A stretch of DNA of 64,000 nt, taken from Escherichia coli (lineage in GTDB: Bacteria > Pseudomonadota > Gammaproteobacteria > Enterobacterales > Enterobacteriaceae). Below the pieces are notes generated by a model that had not been told where the DNA came from, did no database searches, and saw nothing but the letters and a program-made list of their open reading frames with translations. Both the position numbers and the translations under genes were made by a program. Of the stretch, positions 48,466 to 59,639 are shown piece by piece; the stretch's first letter is position 1; the number at the start of each line of letters is the position of its first letter. The stretch lies in the NCBI RefSeq assembly GCF_009931435.1, contig NZ_CP043414.1. One strand, written 5' to 3'.

Positions 48466-50622
48466 CGTCTCCAGCCGGGCGTAAGCCGCCACCAGCCATT
48501 TAATACCCTGGCCCTGAAATGCCACCTGCAAACGACTATGTTCGCCGCTGCCTTCCATATTGACGATGGTGCCTTCACCAAACTTGGCGTGGCGTACGCG
48601 CTGGCCGAGCTTGTAGCCGCTGTCGTTCTCGACCATCGGCGTACCCATCCGTTGATGGCTGACCGGGCGGCTTACCGTAGCGCGTAAACGCACCTCTTCC
48701 ACACACTCTTCCGGCAACTCGCCAATAAAACGCGACGGGCGATGGTAAACCTCTTTGCCATACAGACGCCGGGTTTCCGCGTAGGTCAGCGTCAGTTTCT
48801 GCATCGCGCGGGTTACGCCAACGTAGGCCAGACGGCGTTCTTCTTCCAGACGCCCGCCTTCATCCAGCGACATCTGGCTTGGGAACATCCCCTCTTCCAT
48901 ACCGACAATAAACACCTGCGGGAACTCCAGACCTTTCGCCGAGTGCAGCGTCATCAACTGCACCGCGTCCTGCCAGGTGTCCGCCTGTCCTTCACCCGCT
49001 TCCAGCGCGGCATGAGACAGAAACGCCTGTAACGGCATTAAATCTTCGTCTTCTTCGTTGTACGCAAACTGGCGCGTCGCCGTCACCAGTTCGTCTAAGT
49101 TTTCGATTCGCGTCTGGCCTTTTTCGCCCTTCTCTTGCTCGTACATGGTGCGCAGGCCGGAGTCTTTAATTACCCGATCAGTCTGTACATGCAGCGGCAT
49201 ATCGGCAGTTTCTTGCGCTAAGGCGTCGATCAGTTCCATAAACCGTTGCAAAGCGCTGGCAGCACGCCCGGCGAGCGCTTTTTCCTGCAATAATTCGCGG
49301 CACGCCTGCCAGAGTGTTAACTGGCGATCGCGCGATGTCTGACGTACCACGTCCAGCGTCCGGTCACCAATACCCCGCGTTGGCGTATTCACCACGCGCT
49401 CAAAGGCCGCGTCGTCGTTACGGTTGGCAATCAGGCGCAGATACGAGAGCGCATCTTTGATTTCCTGGCGTTCGAAGAAGCGCATCCCGCCATAAATACG
49501 GTACGGCATACTGGCTTGTAATAACGCCTCTTCCAGTACACGCGACTGGGCATTGCTACGATAGAGAATGGCGCACTCGGCGAGCGCCCCGCCGTTGTCC
49601 TGCCAGGTCTTGATGCGGTTAACCACAAAACGCGCTTCGTCGAGTTCGTTAAAAGCGCAATAGAGGGAAATCGGCTCACCGTCCGCGCCATCGGTCCACA
49701 ACTTTTTACCCAAACGCCCGTTGTTGTTTTCAATCAGGGCGTTCGCGGCGCTCAGGATATTGCTGGTAGAGCGGTAGTTCTGCTCCAGACGGATAGTTTC
49801 GGCACCGGGAAAATCATTGAGGAAACGCTGAATGTTCTCGACCTGCGCCCCGCGCCAGCCGTAGATTGACTGGTCGTCATCGCCAACGATCATCACTTTG
49901 CCAGTATCGCCTGCCAGCAGTCGTATCCACGCGTACTGAATGTTGTTGGTATCCTGGAATTCGTCCACCAGGATATTGGTAAAACGTTCGCGGTAGTGTT
50001 GCAGAATATGCGGCTTGTTAAGCCACAACTCGTGAGCGCGCAGCAGCAGCTCGGCGAAGTCCACCAGGCCCGCGCGGTCACACGCTTCCTGATACGCCTG
50101 ATACACCTTCTGCCAGGTCTGCTCCACCGGGTTACCGTAGCTTTGAATATGATGCGGACGCAGCCCTTCATCTTTCTGGCTGTTGATGTACCACATTGCC
50201 TGGCGCGGTGGCCACTGCTTCTCGTCGAGGTTCATAGCTTTGATCAGACGCTTAAGCAGGCGCAGCTGGTCTTCGCTGTCGAGGATCTGGAAATCCTGCG
50301 GCAGGTTGGCGTCCATATGGTGCGCACGCAGCAGACGGTGTGCCAGCCCGTGGAAAGTGCCGACCCACATACCGCCCTGGCTGGTGCCCATCAGTTGCCC
50401 GATACGATGACGCATTTCCGCCGCCGCTTTGTTGGTAAACGTCACCGCCATAATCGAGTACGGCGAGCAGTTTTCCACACTCATCAGCCAGGCGATACGA
50501 TGCACCAGTACGCGCGTCTTACCACTGCCCGCGCCCGCCAGCACCAGAAGGTTGCTGCGTGGCGCGGCCACCGCTTCGCGCTGTTTGTCATTAAGGCTGT
50601 CGAGCAGGTAAGAAACGTCCAT
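48460..50622 (-). CDS. uvrD: DNA helicase II UvrD
   Basis: Track ORF 48460..50808 trimmed to MDVSYLLDSLNDKQREAVAAPRSNLLVLAGAGSGKTRVLVHRIAWL... (720 aa). Confidence 0.95.
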   Translation of the reverse strand: MDVSYLLDSLNDKQREAVAAPRSNLLVLAGAGSGKTRVLVHRIAWLMSVENCSPYSIMAVTFTNKAAAEMRHRIGQLMGTSQGGMWVGTFHGLAHRLLRAHHMDANLPQDFQILDSEDQLRLLKRLIKAMNLDEKQWPPRQAMWYINSQKDEGLRPHHIQSYGNPVEQTWQKVYQAYQEACDRAGLVDFAELLLRAHELWLNKPHILQHYRERFTNILVDEFQDTNNIQYAWIRLLAGDTGKVMIVGDDDQSIYGWRGAQVENIQRFLNDFPGAETIRLEQNYRSTSNILSAANALIENNNGRLGKKLWTDGADGEPISLYCAFNELDEARFVVNRIKTWQDNGGALAECAILYRSNAQSRVLEEALLQASMPYRIYGGMRFFERQEIKDALSYLRLIANRNDDAAFERVVNTPTRGIGDRTLDVVRQTSRDRQLTLWQACRELLQEKALAGRAASALQRFMELIDALAQETADMPLHVQTDRVIKDSGLRTMYEQEKGEKGQTRIENLDELVTATRQFAYNEEDEDLMPLQAFLSHAALEAGEGQADTWQDAVQLMTLHSAKGLEFPQVFIVGMEEGMFPSQMSLDEGGRLEEERRLAYVGVTRAMQKLTLTYAETRRLYGKEVYHRPSRFIGELPEECVEEVRLRATVSRPVSHQRMGTPMVENDSGYKLGQRVRHAKFGEGTIVNMEGSGEHSRLQVAFQGQGIKWLVAAYARLETV

Positions 50623-50680
50623 TGGCACCGCCGCGTAAAAATAGGTTGGGCGGAGAAGCGCAACGCCCTCCGCCAAAAAG

Positions 50681-50696
50681 CTGGGTATATATACAG
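50681..50696 (-). promoter_or_regulatory. LexA (SOS) box of the uvrD promoter
   Basis: Reverse complement reads ATCTGTATATATACCCAGCT, fitting CTGT-N8-ACAG; about 60 bp upstream of the uvrD start. Confidence 0.75.
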
Positions 50697-50705
50697 ATTT
50701 GCTGA

Positions 50706-51422
50706 TTATATCAGCGAGGTCAGAGATGCCAACCGGGAAATTTCCAGATGCGGCAGTAAACGGCTGTCCCAGGTTTGCATCAGATCGCCATTTTCCGGTC
50801 TGATCCAACAGGCCTGCATTCCGCTGCGAATTGCCCCACCCACGTCAGTGGTGAGATCGTCCCCGACATGTAAGATCTCGCCGATCGGCACGTTGAGTTT
50901 TTCCGCCGCCAGGAAGTACATATCGCTGAACGGTTTTGAGCGCCCGTGCGGGCCAGCGCGCAACACAAACTCAAAATAATCCCCCAAACCAAACAGCTCC
51001 GGCTGGGCGTTACCGTTGGTGATCGCCACCAGCGGCCATTTCTTCGCCAGCTGTTTTAAGGTGTCGTGCGTTTGCTGCGGAACGTCGATCCGGCTACGCC
51101 ATTTGGCAAAGTTGATCATTGCCGCGTGTGCGCCTGCACTGGCTTCTTCTGCGCTCAGCCCGGCGTCGAGCATCGCTTGTTCTATTGAGCGAAAACGCCA
51201 GCGCGTCACATCATGATAAATCTCGGGTTCCGCTTCCCGTACCGCCTGACGCAGACGTTGCAGATCTTCATTCTGGAAGCTGCGCAGCGCCGGATGGTAA
51301 TTTTGCACAAAGGTAAGCGCCTCCTGCTCAGTGCGCAAAATCACCGGACGGTTATCGTAAAGGGTATCATCCAGGTCAAAGGTGAGCGCCGAGATGCGCC
51401 CCAAAGGCCGGTAAAAACGCAT
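50706..51422 (-). CDS. yigB: HAD-family phosphatase YigB (riboflavin-pathway phosphatase)
   Basis: 238-aa [39 protein letters not shown]...; DxDDT HAD motif. Confidence 0.9.
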   Translation of the reverse strand: MRFYRPLGRISALTFDLDDTLYDNRPVILRTEQEALTFVQNYHPALRSFQNEDLQRLRQAVREAEPEIYHDVTRWRFRSIEQAMLDAGLSAEEASAGAHAAMINFAKWRSRIDVPQQTHDTLKQLAKKWPLVAITNGNAQPELFGLGDYFEFVLRAGPHGRSKPFSDMYFLAAEKLNVPIGEILHVGDDLTTDVGGAIRSGMQACWIRPENGDLMQTWDSRLLPHLEISRLASLTSLI

Positions 51423-52318
51423 TATTTCCCCCGTTTGGCGCGTGGATGCGCCGCATCGTACACCGAGGCAAGGTGTTGAAAATCAAGATGAGTATAGATT
51501 TGCGTGGTAGAGAGATTGGCATGACCCAGCAGCTCCTGCACACCACGAAGATCACCGCTCGACTCCAGCATATGCGTAGCGAACGAGTGACGTAATTTAT
51601 GCGGGTGAACGTGATTATTCAGCCCTTGTTTTATGCCCCATTCGGCAAAGCGTTTCTGCACATTACGCGCGGAGATACGCTTGCCCAGTTTCGACAGAAA
51701 AAGCGCGTCGTCTTCGCTGCCAAACAGGTCGCGCAAATCAAGCCAGTGCTCAATCCACGCTACAGCGTTGCGACCAATCGGCAGGCGACGCTCTTTGCTG
51801 CCTTTCCCCATCACCCACACTTCACCGGACTCCAGGTCGAGGTGTTTGATATCGAGCCCCACCAGTTCGGAAAGACGCAGACCCGCGCCGTACATCACTT
51901 CCAGCATTGCCCGATCGCGCACGGCAAGGGGATCGTTGATATCAATATCCAGCAGCCGATTTATATCATCGACGTCGATATTTTTCGGCAGATGACGCGG
52001 CGCTTTCGGTGCCGAAACACCTTTCGCCGGGTTGGCTTTAAGTTCGTTCTGGCTGACCAACCAGTCAAAAAAGCTACGTAGCGCAGAGAGGCGTAATGCG
52101 AGGCTTGCCGCGCCCAGCCCTTTACGGCGACTGCGTACAGCGAAATTGCGCACCATCGCCGCATCACATTGCTGCCAGCTTTGCAGGCCGTTTTCGCTGG
52201 CAAAATTGATGATCGCCTCAAGTTGGCGCTGGTAGTTAAGCAGGGTTATCGGGCTAAGCTGACGCTCCACGCTCAGATAACGTAGGTAGCGTTCTACATC
52301 GGTGTGTAAATCGGTCAT
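51422..52318 (-). CDS. xerC: Tyrosine site-specific recombinase XerC
   Basis: 298-aa [39 protein letters not shown]...; C-terminal HxxR...Y catalytic signature ([11 protein letters not shown]...IYTH). Confidence 0.95.
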   Translation of the reverse strand: MTDLHTDVERYLRYLSVERQLSPITLLNYQRQLEAIINFASENGLQSWQQCDAAMVRNFAVRSRRKGLGAASLALRLSALRSFFDWLVSQNELKANPAKGVSAPKAPRHLPKNIDVDDINRLLDIDINDPLAVRDRAMLEVMYGAGLRLSELVGLDIKHLDLESGEVWVMGKGSKERRLPIGRNAVAWIEHWLDLRDLFGSEDDALFLSKLGKRISARNVQKRFAEWGIKQGLNNHVHPHKLRHSFATHMLESSGDLRGVQELLGHANLSTTQIYTHLDFQHLASVYDAAHPRAKRGK

Positions 52319-53022
52319 ACGCGTTCAATCCAACGCTCCAGAAGCTCCGGCAACATCAGCGCAATTTCATGAAGTAACTCCGTTCCCTGCCCTTGTTGAT
52401 AGTGACTGGCATCGCGGCTGGTGAACAGCACGACACCCAAATCAGCATCGCTTCCCAGCATCGACATCGCCACCGATCCCACCGCTTTCGCTTCCGGTAG
52501 CACCACCAGCAGCTCCGGTCCGTTAAGCGGCCCAAGATAGTGCTGTTCCTGCCCCAGACGCTGAATACGCAGCGGTTCGAAAGACTGACGGCTTAATGCG
52601 AGATGAGTGTGGTTCGACGGCGCACCTAAGCGCCAGCGATCCGGAAACAGGCGCAGACTCGCACCTGCCAGACCGAGATCGCGCGCCCAGCGGTGAAAAC
52701 GCATCAGCATATCGTCGAGACTGCTGGCGGCGGTGAGACTACGCTGCAGGTAAAGTAAGCGATAGAACAAGCCTTCGTTGGCGATAGCCTGTTCCATCAA
52801 CAGCGCCATGTTCTCTTCCAGAACATGAATATGATGACGTGCGCGGGCCATGTGCCACTCGACCAACGAAACGGTGCCGCGTACCGGATGCGGCACACGT
52901 ATCGCTTCTACTGCGCGCGCATTGCGGATAAAAAACTCAGGATTTTTAATCAGATAATCGACAACCGCCCGGTCATCTAGCTCCGTGAGTGTTTCCTGTA
53001 GTTCTTCCCCTGGTTGCTTCAT
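52315..53022 (-). CDS. yigA: DUF484-family protein YigA
   Basis: 235-aa [42 protein letters not shown]...; operonic with dapF and xerC. Confidence 0.88.
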   Translation of the reverse strand: MKQPGEELQETLTELDDRAVVDYLIKNPEFFIRNARAVEAIRVPHPVRGTVSLVEWHMARARHHIHVLEENMALLMEQAIANEGLFYRLLYLQRSLTAASSLDDMLMRFHRWARDLGLAGASLRLFPDRWRLGAPSNHTHLALSRQSFEPLRIQRLGQEQHYLGPLNGPELLVVLPEAKAVGSVAMSMLGSDADLGVVLFTSRDASHYQQGQGTELLHEIALMLPELLERWIERV

Positions 53023-53843
53023 AGATGAATAAATCCGTCGTAGACATGTACCGCCGGCCCCGTCATATATAAGGGGTGACCCGGACCTTTCCAGGCGATA
53101 TCAAGACGACCGCCGGGGAGTTCCACGCGTACTTCTTCGGCCAGCAAACCTTGCTGAATCCCTACCGCCACCGCCGCACACGCGCCGCTGCCGCAGGCCT
53201 GGGTTTCTCCTGCCCCACGCTCATAAACGCGTAAACGAATATGCTCGCGCTTAACCACTTGCATAAAACCGATATTAGCGCGCTCCGGAAAACGTTCGTG
53301 GCTTTCCAGAACAGGACCAAGCGTTTCTACCGCTGCAGTATCGACATCATCAACCTGAATCACGCAGTGCGGATTTCCCATCGACACCACGCCGCATAAG
53401 ATTGTCTGCTCGGCGGCGCGCATAATATAGGTCTTTTCCGCTTTGTTAGCGCGAAATGGCACGGCAGAAGGTTCGAAGTTGGGTTCGCCCATATTGACGC
53501 GCACCAGATCGTCATCGGTGACGGTCAGAACCATCCGCCCGTTGGCAGTACTGACGCGGATATCGCGCTTATTGGTCAGCCCTTTCAGACGCACAAAACG
53601 GGCAAAGCAGCGTGCGCCGTTGCCGCACTGCGCCACTTCACTGCCATCAGCATTGAAAATGCGATAGTGAAAATCCAGTTCCGGATCATACGGTGGCTCA
53701 ACCACCAGCAGTTGGTCAAACCCTATCCCCAGGTGCCGATCCGCCAGGCGACGAATCAGTTCTGGTGAAAAAAAGACATTCTGCGTTACCGCGTCGACGA
53801 CCATAAAATCGTTGCCAAGGCCATGCATTTTCGAGAACTGCAT
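53019..53843 (-). CDS. dapF: Diaminopimelate epimerase DapF
   Basis: Track ORF 53019..53846 trimmed to [32 protein letters not shown]... (274 aa). Confidence 0.95.
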   Translation of the reverse strand: MQFSKMHGLGNDFMVVDAVTQNVFFSPELIRRLADRHLGIGFDQLLVVEPPYDPELDFHYRIFNADGSEVAQCGNGARCFARFVRLKGLTNKRDIRVSTANGRMVLTVTDDDLVRVNMGEPNFEPSAVPFRANKAEKTYIMRAAEQTILCGVVSMGNPHCVIQVDDVDTAAVETLGPVLESHERFPERANIGFMQVVKREHIRLRVYERGAGETQACGSGACAAVAVGIQQGLLAEEVRVELPGGRLDIAWKGPGHPLYMTGPAVHVYDGFIHL

Positions 53844-53879
53844 CATTTACTCCAATCACGCGGGTACAGAAACTGACTT

Positions 53880-54083
53880 TTAGTAATTCACCTGGGATGG
53901 GCCATCGCCAGTGGCGCGGTCGTTTTTATCCGGCACCGTGGATTGCGTTTGCGTCTCTACCGGTTTGGTCGGTGGCGGTGCGTTTTTATCTGCAGGCGGG
54001 AAATAGAGCGGACCTTTCAGACCGCAGCCCGTCAGGCTGAAGAGAGTAAGTAATACAGTGAGTGCCTTAAACACGTTTTTCAT
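53880..54083 (-). CDS. yifL: Small lipoprotein YifL
   Basis: 67-aa ORF MKNVFKALTVLLTLFSLTGCGLKGPLYFPP... with lipobox LTGC. Confidence 0.88.
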   Translation of the reverse strand: MKNVFKALTVLLTLFSLTGCGLKGPLYFPPADKNAPPPTKPVETQTQSTVPDKNDRATGDGPSQVNY

Positions 54084-54271
54084 TATGGATTGCCTGTAAA
54101 GTTCATCGCTTTCTGCTTTCTATCATCGCAGGAGAAGACGTAAAAGCAAGCGTTTAGCGACTCTTTATGAAGTCTGAAAAATGAGGAATTGCTGCGAGTA
54201 TAACGCTTACACGTGGGGATTTATGTTTTGCTGATAGTTTCGTGATCGGCACCTCGCGCCAGGATGGCTTT

Positions 54272-56299
54272 ATGCACTATCGCAATGTGGTTTGTTTGTT
54301 GTCTTTTTTAGTTCCGTCAGCGTGGGGATGCTCGCTCGGTGAACCTGATCATAATATTTACCAGAAACAGGGAAAAGGCGTGGTATACCTGCGCCCTAAT
54401 GAAGAGACAAATCTTTCGTTACCGGAAGTAAATTACCAGCGACTGCGTCGTTTACCTGATTTATTCATTGTTCCTGACACCCAGGACGATGGGGAAAAAG
54501 AACCGCCGTTAAACGACCTTACCACCGATTATATTGATCAGGGCGCATGGGCCTGGTATCCAAATTATGCTTACTTTAGCGATGGCCGTTTTGTTATTTA
54601 TGCGGGCAAGATTGTACAAAATCCATCTGGTTATCCACCGGTCGATGTAGCCTCGTTCCATTCATGGGGCGATTTTGCCGTCGATAAAAACAGCATTTAT
54701 TACAAAGGCCAACGGACAGATGAAAATGGCGGCAAGCAACGCGTCGATGAAAAAACGCTGCGCAAAGTAGGATTAGGTAGCCGTTGGATGCCTGATCGGC
54801 TGGGATTGGTGCTACGTGACGCGCATTTTCTTTATATCGATGGGCACCGTTTTGATAACCCAGAGAGTTTTTCCGTGATCGCGCAAAAATCCTGGGGTCA
54901 ACAAGGGAAATTCGCTTCAACGTTTTTTCCCTGCATTGCCTACCCCTTTGGCCCGTGGGATATGCTTACCCGCACACGAACAAAGTTGCTGATCAATGGA
55001 GAGCAACTGGATGCAGATCCGGACAATTTTTCTGTCGTTCGCTGGATGCCCGGCACCCTGTTTAGCTGGCGTGATAAACACGGCGAGCATCGTAAAGTCA
55101 TTGATCAGGTTCGTTTGGCAAGGAATGAAGATATATCCCGGCAATGTGACAACTTTACGCTGTTAGAAAAAAAGGTGTTCTGGCGCAAGGGGCCAGATTG
55201 TGAGCAGGAAGAATTACCCAGTCTCGACCCGGAGCAGTTTCACCCGATCAGTGACATCGTGGCGCAGTATCAGGACAAGTTGTATGCAATCAGTAAGACC
55301 CCCTTCGGTGAAAATCAGTTGGAGATCATCACCCTGGATAACCCGAATCTGATCATCAATAAACGTTTTAATGCCGGAAGGCATCATGGCTATTTAATCA
55401 CCCGATCAACAAATTGGGACGGACATGAGAAAGACGGTTTACAGGTGTTTGAATCCGTTGGCCCACTGATACTGCTGGACTACCGTGTGCCGAATGAAGC
55501 AGATGCACACCGTGGCAATAACCCGCATTACAAAAAATGGTTTGCTCGCGACGATCGTTACGTTTATGCATTCGATGGTGCGCAGCTTTGGCGTTACCCT
55601 ACGCAATATCCCAAAGCGGCACGTATCAAAGCCGCTAAAGACGACTGGCTGAACGTCAGCCTTAGCCAATTGGACGGTGAGATAATGAAAGATGGCTCAT
55701 TTACTCCCACTGGCATCAAGCACACATCCTCTTTAAAACCCGCCAAGGCATACGAAGATGGGGACAATGAATCTTCATTTATCGTAAATAAATCGGGAGT
55801 AGGCTGGCGAAAAGCGCTTTCACCCGACCTGCAATGGAGTGAGTGGCATTACCTGGAAGGCATTTATCCAAAAAAGTTACATCTGATTACCGAACGTATT
55901 GCACAGTACAAAAACCAACTCTACGTCGTCAGGCGCTCGCATTTTGGAGAAGATCGGCTAGAAATCATAGAGTTGGAGTCATCTTTGCCCATCAAAAATA
56001 AACCGATAAATACGGGCAAGGAGCGTCATTACTTTCTGCAAAGTACCCGACAAAAACAGGATGTGCAGGTATTCACCAGCAGCGGTGCGCTGATAGCAAC
56101 GGAGCGCTTTGCTTATGACGATAGCTATGTCTACACCTGGATTGACGATCAGCTTTATCGCACACCCTCCCCCTGCCCAGCGAAAACATACGTCAGAGAA
56201 AAGAATGTCCGTGAAATTCATAACAGCGACATTATTATTCCGGTGACGGAGGAATCGTGCCGGAACGCAGCAGCAGACGGGCAAACTTTGAAGCCCTGA
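54272..56299 (+). CDS. Large secreted/lipoprotein-like repeat protein with DKNYY-like motifs, accessory insertion
   Basis: Track ORF 54242..56299; likely start at the Met giving MHYRNVVCLLSFLVPSAWGC (signal peptide with Cys); repeated D-K-N-x-x-Y-Y-like motifs and an internal tandem duplication. Confidence 0.6.
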   Translation: MHYRNVVCLLSFLVPSAWGCSLGEPDHNIYQKQGKGVVYLRPNEETNLSLPEVNYQRLRRLPDLFIVPDTQDDGEKEPPLNDLTTDYIDQGAWAWYPNYAYFSDGRFVIYAGKIVQNPSGYPPVDVASFHSWGDFAVDKNSIYYKGQRTDENGGKQRVDEKTLRKVGLGSRWMPDRLGLVLRDAHFLYIDGHRFDNPESFSVIAQKSWGQQGKFASTFFPCIAYPFGPWDMLTRTRTKLLINGEQLDADPDNFSVVRWMPGTLFSWRDKHGEHRKVIDQVRLARNEDISRQCDNFTLLEKKVFWRKGPDCEQEELPSLDPEQFHPISDIVAQYQDKLYAISKTPFGENQLEIITLDNPNLIINKRFNAGRHHGYLITRSTNWDGHEKDGLQVFESVGPLILLDYRVPNEADAHRGNNPHYKKWFARDDRYVYAFDGAQLWRYPTQYPKAARIKAAKDDWLNVSLSQLDGEIMKDGSFTPTGIKHTSSLKPAKAYEDGDNESSFIVNKSGVGWRKALSPDLQWSEWHYLEGIYPKKLHLITERIAQYKNQLYVVRRSHFGEDRLEIIELESSLPIKNKPINTGKERHYFLQSTRQKQDVQVFTSSGALIATERFAYDDSYVYTWIDDQLYRTPSPCPAKTYVREKNVREIHNSDIIIPVTEESCRNAAADGQTLKP

Positions 56300-56346
56300 C
56301 ACCATGCCGCTATACTGCCGCCATCACCTAAAAACAGGAAACAACA

Positions 56347-56667
56347 ATGAACGACAGTGAATTTCATCGCCTGGCCGATACCCTGTGGCTGACCATTGAA
56401 GAACGTCTGGACGACTGGGATGGCGACAGCGATATCGACTGCGAAATCAACGGCGGTGTGCTGACCATTACCTTTGAAAATGGCAGCAAAATCATTATCA
56501 ACCGTCAGGAACCGCTGCACCAGGTGTGGCTGGCAACCAAACAGGGTGGCTACCATTTTGACCTGAAAGGCGACGAATGGATTTGCGACCGTAGCGGCGA
56601 AACCTTCTGGGATTTGCTGGAACAGGCGGCAACGCAGCAAGCGGGTGAAACAGTCAGTTTCCGCTAA
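56347..56667 (+). CDS. cyaY: Frataxin homologue CyaY
   Basis: 106-aa [59 protein letters not shown]... Confidence 0.95.
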   Translation: MNDSEFHRLADTLWLTIEERLDDWDGDSDIDCEINGGVLTITFENGSKIIINRQEPLHQVWLATKQGGYHFDLKGDEWICDRSGETFWDLLEQAATQQAGETVSFR

Positions 56668-56706
56668 GATTGCATGCCGGATAAGCCTCGCTTTCCGGCA
56701 CGTTCA

Positions 56707-59253
56707 TCACGAAAAATACTGCTGTAATAGCGGCGTGTCGTGATCCTGATTGGCAGGCGGCATGTTGCCGATAGATTTGGTGCGGAACGGAATCACCTGT
56801 TCACGACCATCAACCTTCACAATCTGATAGAACTGCGGCAGGTTGAAGTTGATGAAGCTTGAGCCGTAGGTAAAACGGTCGTGCGATGACGAGTAGAAGC
56901 GACTGACGTCACGCACCAGCTCCTCTTTGCTGCCTTCGCAGTGGTGATACACCTCAACCCGGTTGCTTTCGTCGAGAATGTAGATATTAAAGCCATTCTC
57001 GTCTTGCGTTTCTTCGAAGAAGAACTGGATGATCCCTTCGCTGGCAAAGCCGTCCACCACCGCCGGTAATTTGACGTGATTGGTTTCAACCTGCACTGAC
57101 AGGCCGTGCAGTTTGTTATGCGAAATAGCGCCATAAAACTCAATGGCATTTTCCAGTTTCTGTACCGATACATTCAGCCGTTCGAAGAACAACCCCCAGG
57201 TTTGACCAGAAACGCGCAGCGCCTTGAAGCGCCCTGTTTCCTGACGGGTGCTGGACAGACGCAGTTCAATACACTCAGAAACCAGTTGCTGCACGCGAGT
57301 ACGGATTAAGCCGCGCAGATGCTGGCTGTAGCAGAAGACTTCCACGCTATCTGGCGGTGCGGCGTCCTGATGCATTTTACCGAGAATAGTTTTCAGGGCT
57401 TCGATCATCGACTGCTCGCCGTTGAAGTGCAGCGTACGCACTTCGTTCCACGAGTTGCGGTACAGCAGGTCCACGCTACCTACCAGGCAATTTTGGTTTT
57501 CGCCAAAGCTGAAGACGTCCAGCTTACGGAAATCAAAATGCACCACCTGATTGCGGAACGCAGCTGTCGGGTCATATTCCAGGTTAACGATAATCGCCAG
57601 ATGGCGAATTTCACACGGGCTGTAGAGCGCTTTTGGCGTCGGTGCAGGCAGGCGCAGCGGGAAATGGTGCGACACATCGGCGACCATCTCCTGCAACTTA
57701 GGCAAATCGACAATGCCGTTGCCTTTAATATACAAGCGGGTGCGCGAGGTCAGCAGGCCGTTAAACCATGCCCACGCCACCAGTTTATTCAGGTAACGGT
57801 TATATTCCAGCGGCTGATGGCTGATGATCGACTCAATATTTGGCGCGCGGTTATACAGATACCAACCTGAACGGTTAGCCCGGCCCGGCGGCACATAAAT
57901 AAAGGTCAGATTCGGTTCCGAGAGATCGGGCGAAATCTGCGGGTTTACCAGCGTCACTTTACCTGGCAATGCTTCAAACGCGGCGTACAGTTTACGCGTC
58001 AGAACACCGATATCCTGTGGGCTGGCGGAGACGCTAAGGTTATTGCGACGCGCAAAGCGGATCAGATTACGGTAGCTCTGCATCATTGCATCGAGCAGCT
58101 CGTTGTGCGCCTCACGCACCTGATCAATCTTCCAGTTAGCGCGGTTATCGAGCATTGCAAGACGACCATCGTCCCATTCCCACTCTTTCACTAACTGGGT
58201 TAGCACTTCACGACGCCAGCCTACACAGGCGCGTTCACGGCTGAGTTTTTCGCACACTTTTAAATAGAAGCAGCGACGCACTAAATCCAGACGGGTGAAA
58301 TCTTCAATCGCCGTCAGGTATTCAGTAACACGCTCCAGCATCATGCAGTACGGATCGAGACCAAACGATACAATCTCGCCATCGTGCAAACGCTGTTTGA
58401 TATCTTTCGCCAGCAGACGTGGGTTCGGGTATTCCCAGGAATAGGCTTCCAGCAGCAGTGTTTTCAGCACCGCTTTGTATGGGGAATCGATACTCTTATA
58501 GAGCTGCCAAAGGCTGGCACCAAAGTACTCTTCGGCAGAAAGTGAGCTTAAGCCGCCGAGATCCAGCCATTCATTAGGAGTAAGCACGCCCTGCGCGTAA
58601 AGCGTCATCACATAGTCGTCGTAATGCTCTTCTTCGTCACACGGCACCATATTCCACAGAATACGCTTACCCGCGAGACGCACGGCAGTGCGATAAAATT
58701 CGTCAAGCAGCAGTATATGCTGGGTGGAGCCACAATCTTCGCCCCCCAGGCTGCCGCTTTCATTATGACGGAAGCGATTTTCATCAATCAGGAAGAAGCT
58801 AACTTCCACGCCCAGCGAGGCGGCCCAGCTTTCCAGCAGGCTGCATTTACGTTGTAGTAACTGGCGCTCTTCGCTATCAAGCCAGGATTGATGACAGACC
58901 CAGATATCCAGGTCAGAGGAACAACTTTGCCCTACGGACGAGGTGCTGCCCATGGTGTATACACCAGTAATTGGAAGCTCACCTTTCGGCGGATCCTGTA
59001 CTGACATTCCACGATACAGTTCAAGCTCGTTCAGGTAGTGGCGTTGAGTTTCATCAGGCGTGTAAAGGCAAATGCCTTTGGGAACGTTACCATCAAGGTA
59101 ACCCGGCATTAGCGGATGGTGATAGTGCAACAATGTCGGCAGTAGACTGTAGACCTGTTGGAATGCAGGCCCCATAGCAGCAAGCGCGCGATCCACACGC
59201 AATTGATTTATGGCATCCAGTCTCTGTTTCAGAGTCTCAATATAGAGGTACAA
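56707..59253 (-). CDS. cyaA: Adenylate cyclase CyaA
   Basis: 848-aa [38 protein letters not shown]...; initiation codon is TTG, as established for E. coli cyaA. Confidence 0.95.
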   Translation of the reverse strand: MYLYIETLKQRLDAINQLRVDRALAAMGPAFQQVYSLLPTLLHYHHPLMPGYLDGNVPKGICLYTPDETQRHYLNELELYRGMSVQDPPKGELPITGVYTMGSTSSVGQSCSSDLDIWVCHQSWLDSEERQLLQRKCSLLESWAASLGVEVSFFLIDENRFRHNESGSLGGEDCGSTQHILLLDEFYRTAVRLAGKRILWNMVPCDEEEHYDDYVMTLYAQGVLTPNEWLDLGGLSSLSAEEYFGASLWQLYKSIDSPYKAVLKTLLLEAYSWEYPNPRLLAKDIKQRLHDGEIVSFGLDPYCMMLERVTEYLTAIEDFTRLDLVRRCFYLKVCEKLSRERACVGWRREVLTQLVKEWEWDDGRLAMLDNRANWKIDQVREAHNELLDAMMQSYRNLIRFARRNNLSVSASPQDIGVLTRKLYAAFEALPGKVTLVNPQISPDLSEPNLTFIYVPPGRANRSGWYLYNRAPNIESIISHQPLEYNRYLNKLVAWAWFNGLLTSRTRLYIKGNGIVDLPKLQEMVADVSHHFPLRLPAPTPKALYSPCEIRHLAIIVNLEYDPTAAFRNQVVHFDFRKLDVFSFGENQNCLVGSVDLLYRNSWNEVRTLHFNGEQSMIEALKTILGKMHQDAAPPDSVEVFCYSQHLRGLIRTRVQQLVSECIELRLSSTRQETGRFKALRVSGQTWGLFFERLNVSVQKLENAIEFYGAISHNKLHGLSVQVETNHVKLPAVVDGFASEGIIQFFFEETQDENGFNIYILDESNRVEVYHHCEGSKEELVRDVSRFYSSSHDRFTYGSSFINFNLPQFYQIVKVDGREQVIPFRTKSIGNMPPANQDHDTPLLQQYFS

Positions 59254-59404
59254 GACGTATCGCCTGATTTGCTACCCGTCATGACTGTGATTCCGCCAAC
59301 ATCAACGGTAACACGCGGCATTCGGGATATTTCGTATGTCAAAGGTAACCGTTACCACTTTTCGCGCCTGGTTTTTTTAGTTTCACGACGAAAAAATGGT
59401 CTAA

Positions 59405-59424
59405 AACGTGATCAATTTAACACC
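59405..59424. promoter_or_regulatory. Candidate CRP site in the cyaA-hemC divergent control region
   Basis: AACGTGATCAATTTAACACC, a partial match to TGTGA-N6-TCACA; cAMP-CRP repression of cyaA is established but this site is assigned by eye only. Confidence 0.3.
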
Positions 59425-59639
59425 TTGCTGATTGACCGTAAAGAAAGATGCGCTACATACAAGTGTAGCACCGTTTATTCTCTGTAAATTCCTTATTACG
59501 ACGGCGTGAAACGCCTGTCAGGATCCACTGCCAGACCTCATTTTACGGTTTGCGCAGGCGTCTACGTTTCACCACAACACTGACATCGCTCTGGCAAGGA
59601 TGTTAGGATGGACCACGGATGATAATGACGGTAACAAGC

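Noticed and set aside
49996-50979. 327-aa + strand ORF spanning uvrD and yigB
   Set aside because: Antisense to two well-supported genes and crosses their intergenic LexA-box region; not a plausible gene.
56218-56640. 140-aa - strand ORF overlapping cyaY
   Set aside because: Antisense to cyaY, which encodes a recognisable frataxin homologue.
59345-59357. Palindrome GGTAACCGTTACC in the cyaA-hemC intergenic region
   Set aside because: Short (13 bp) and isolated; cannot be distinguished from chance without conservation or binding data.
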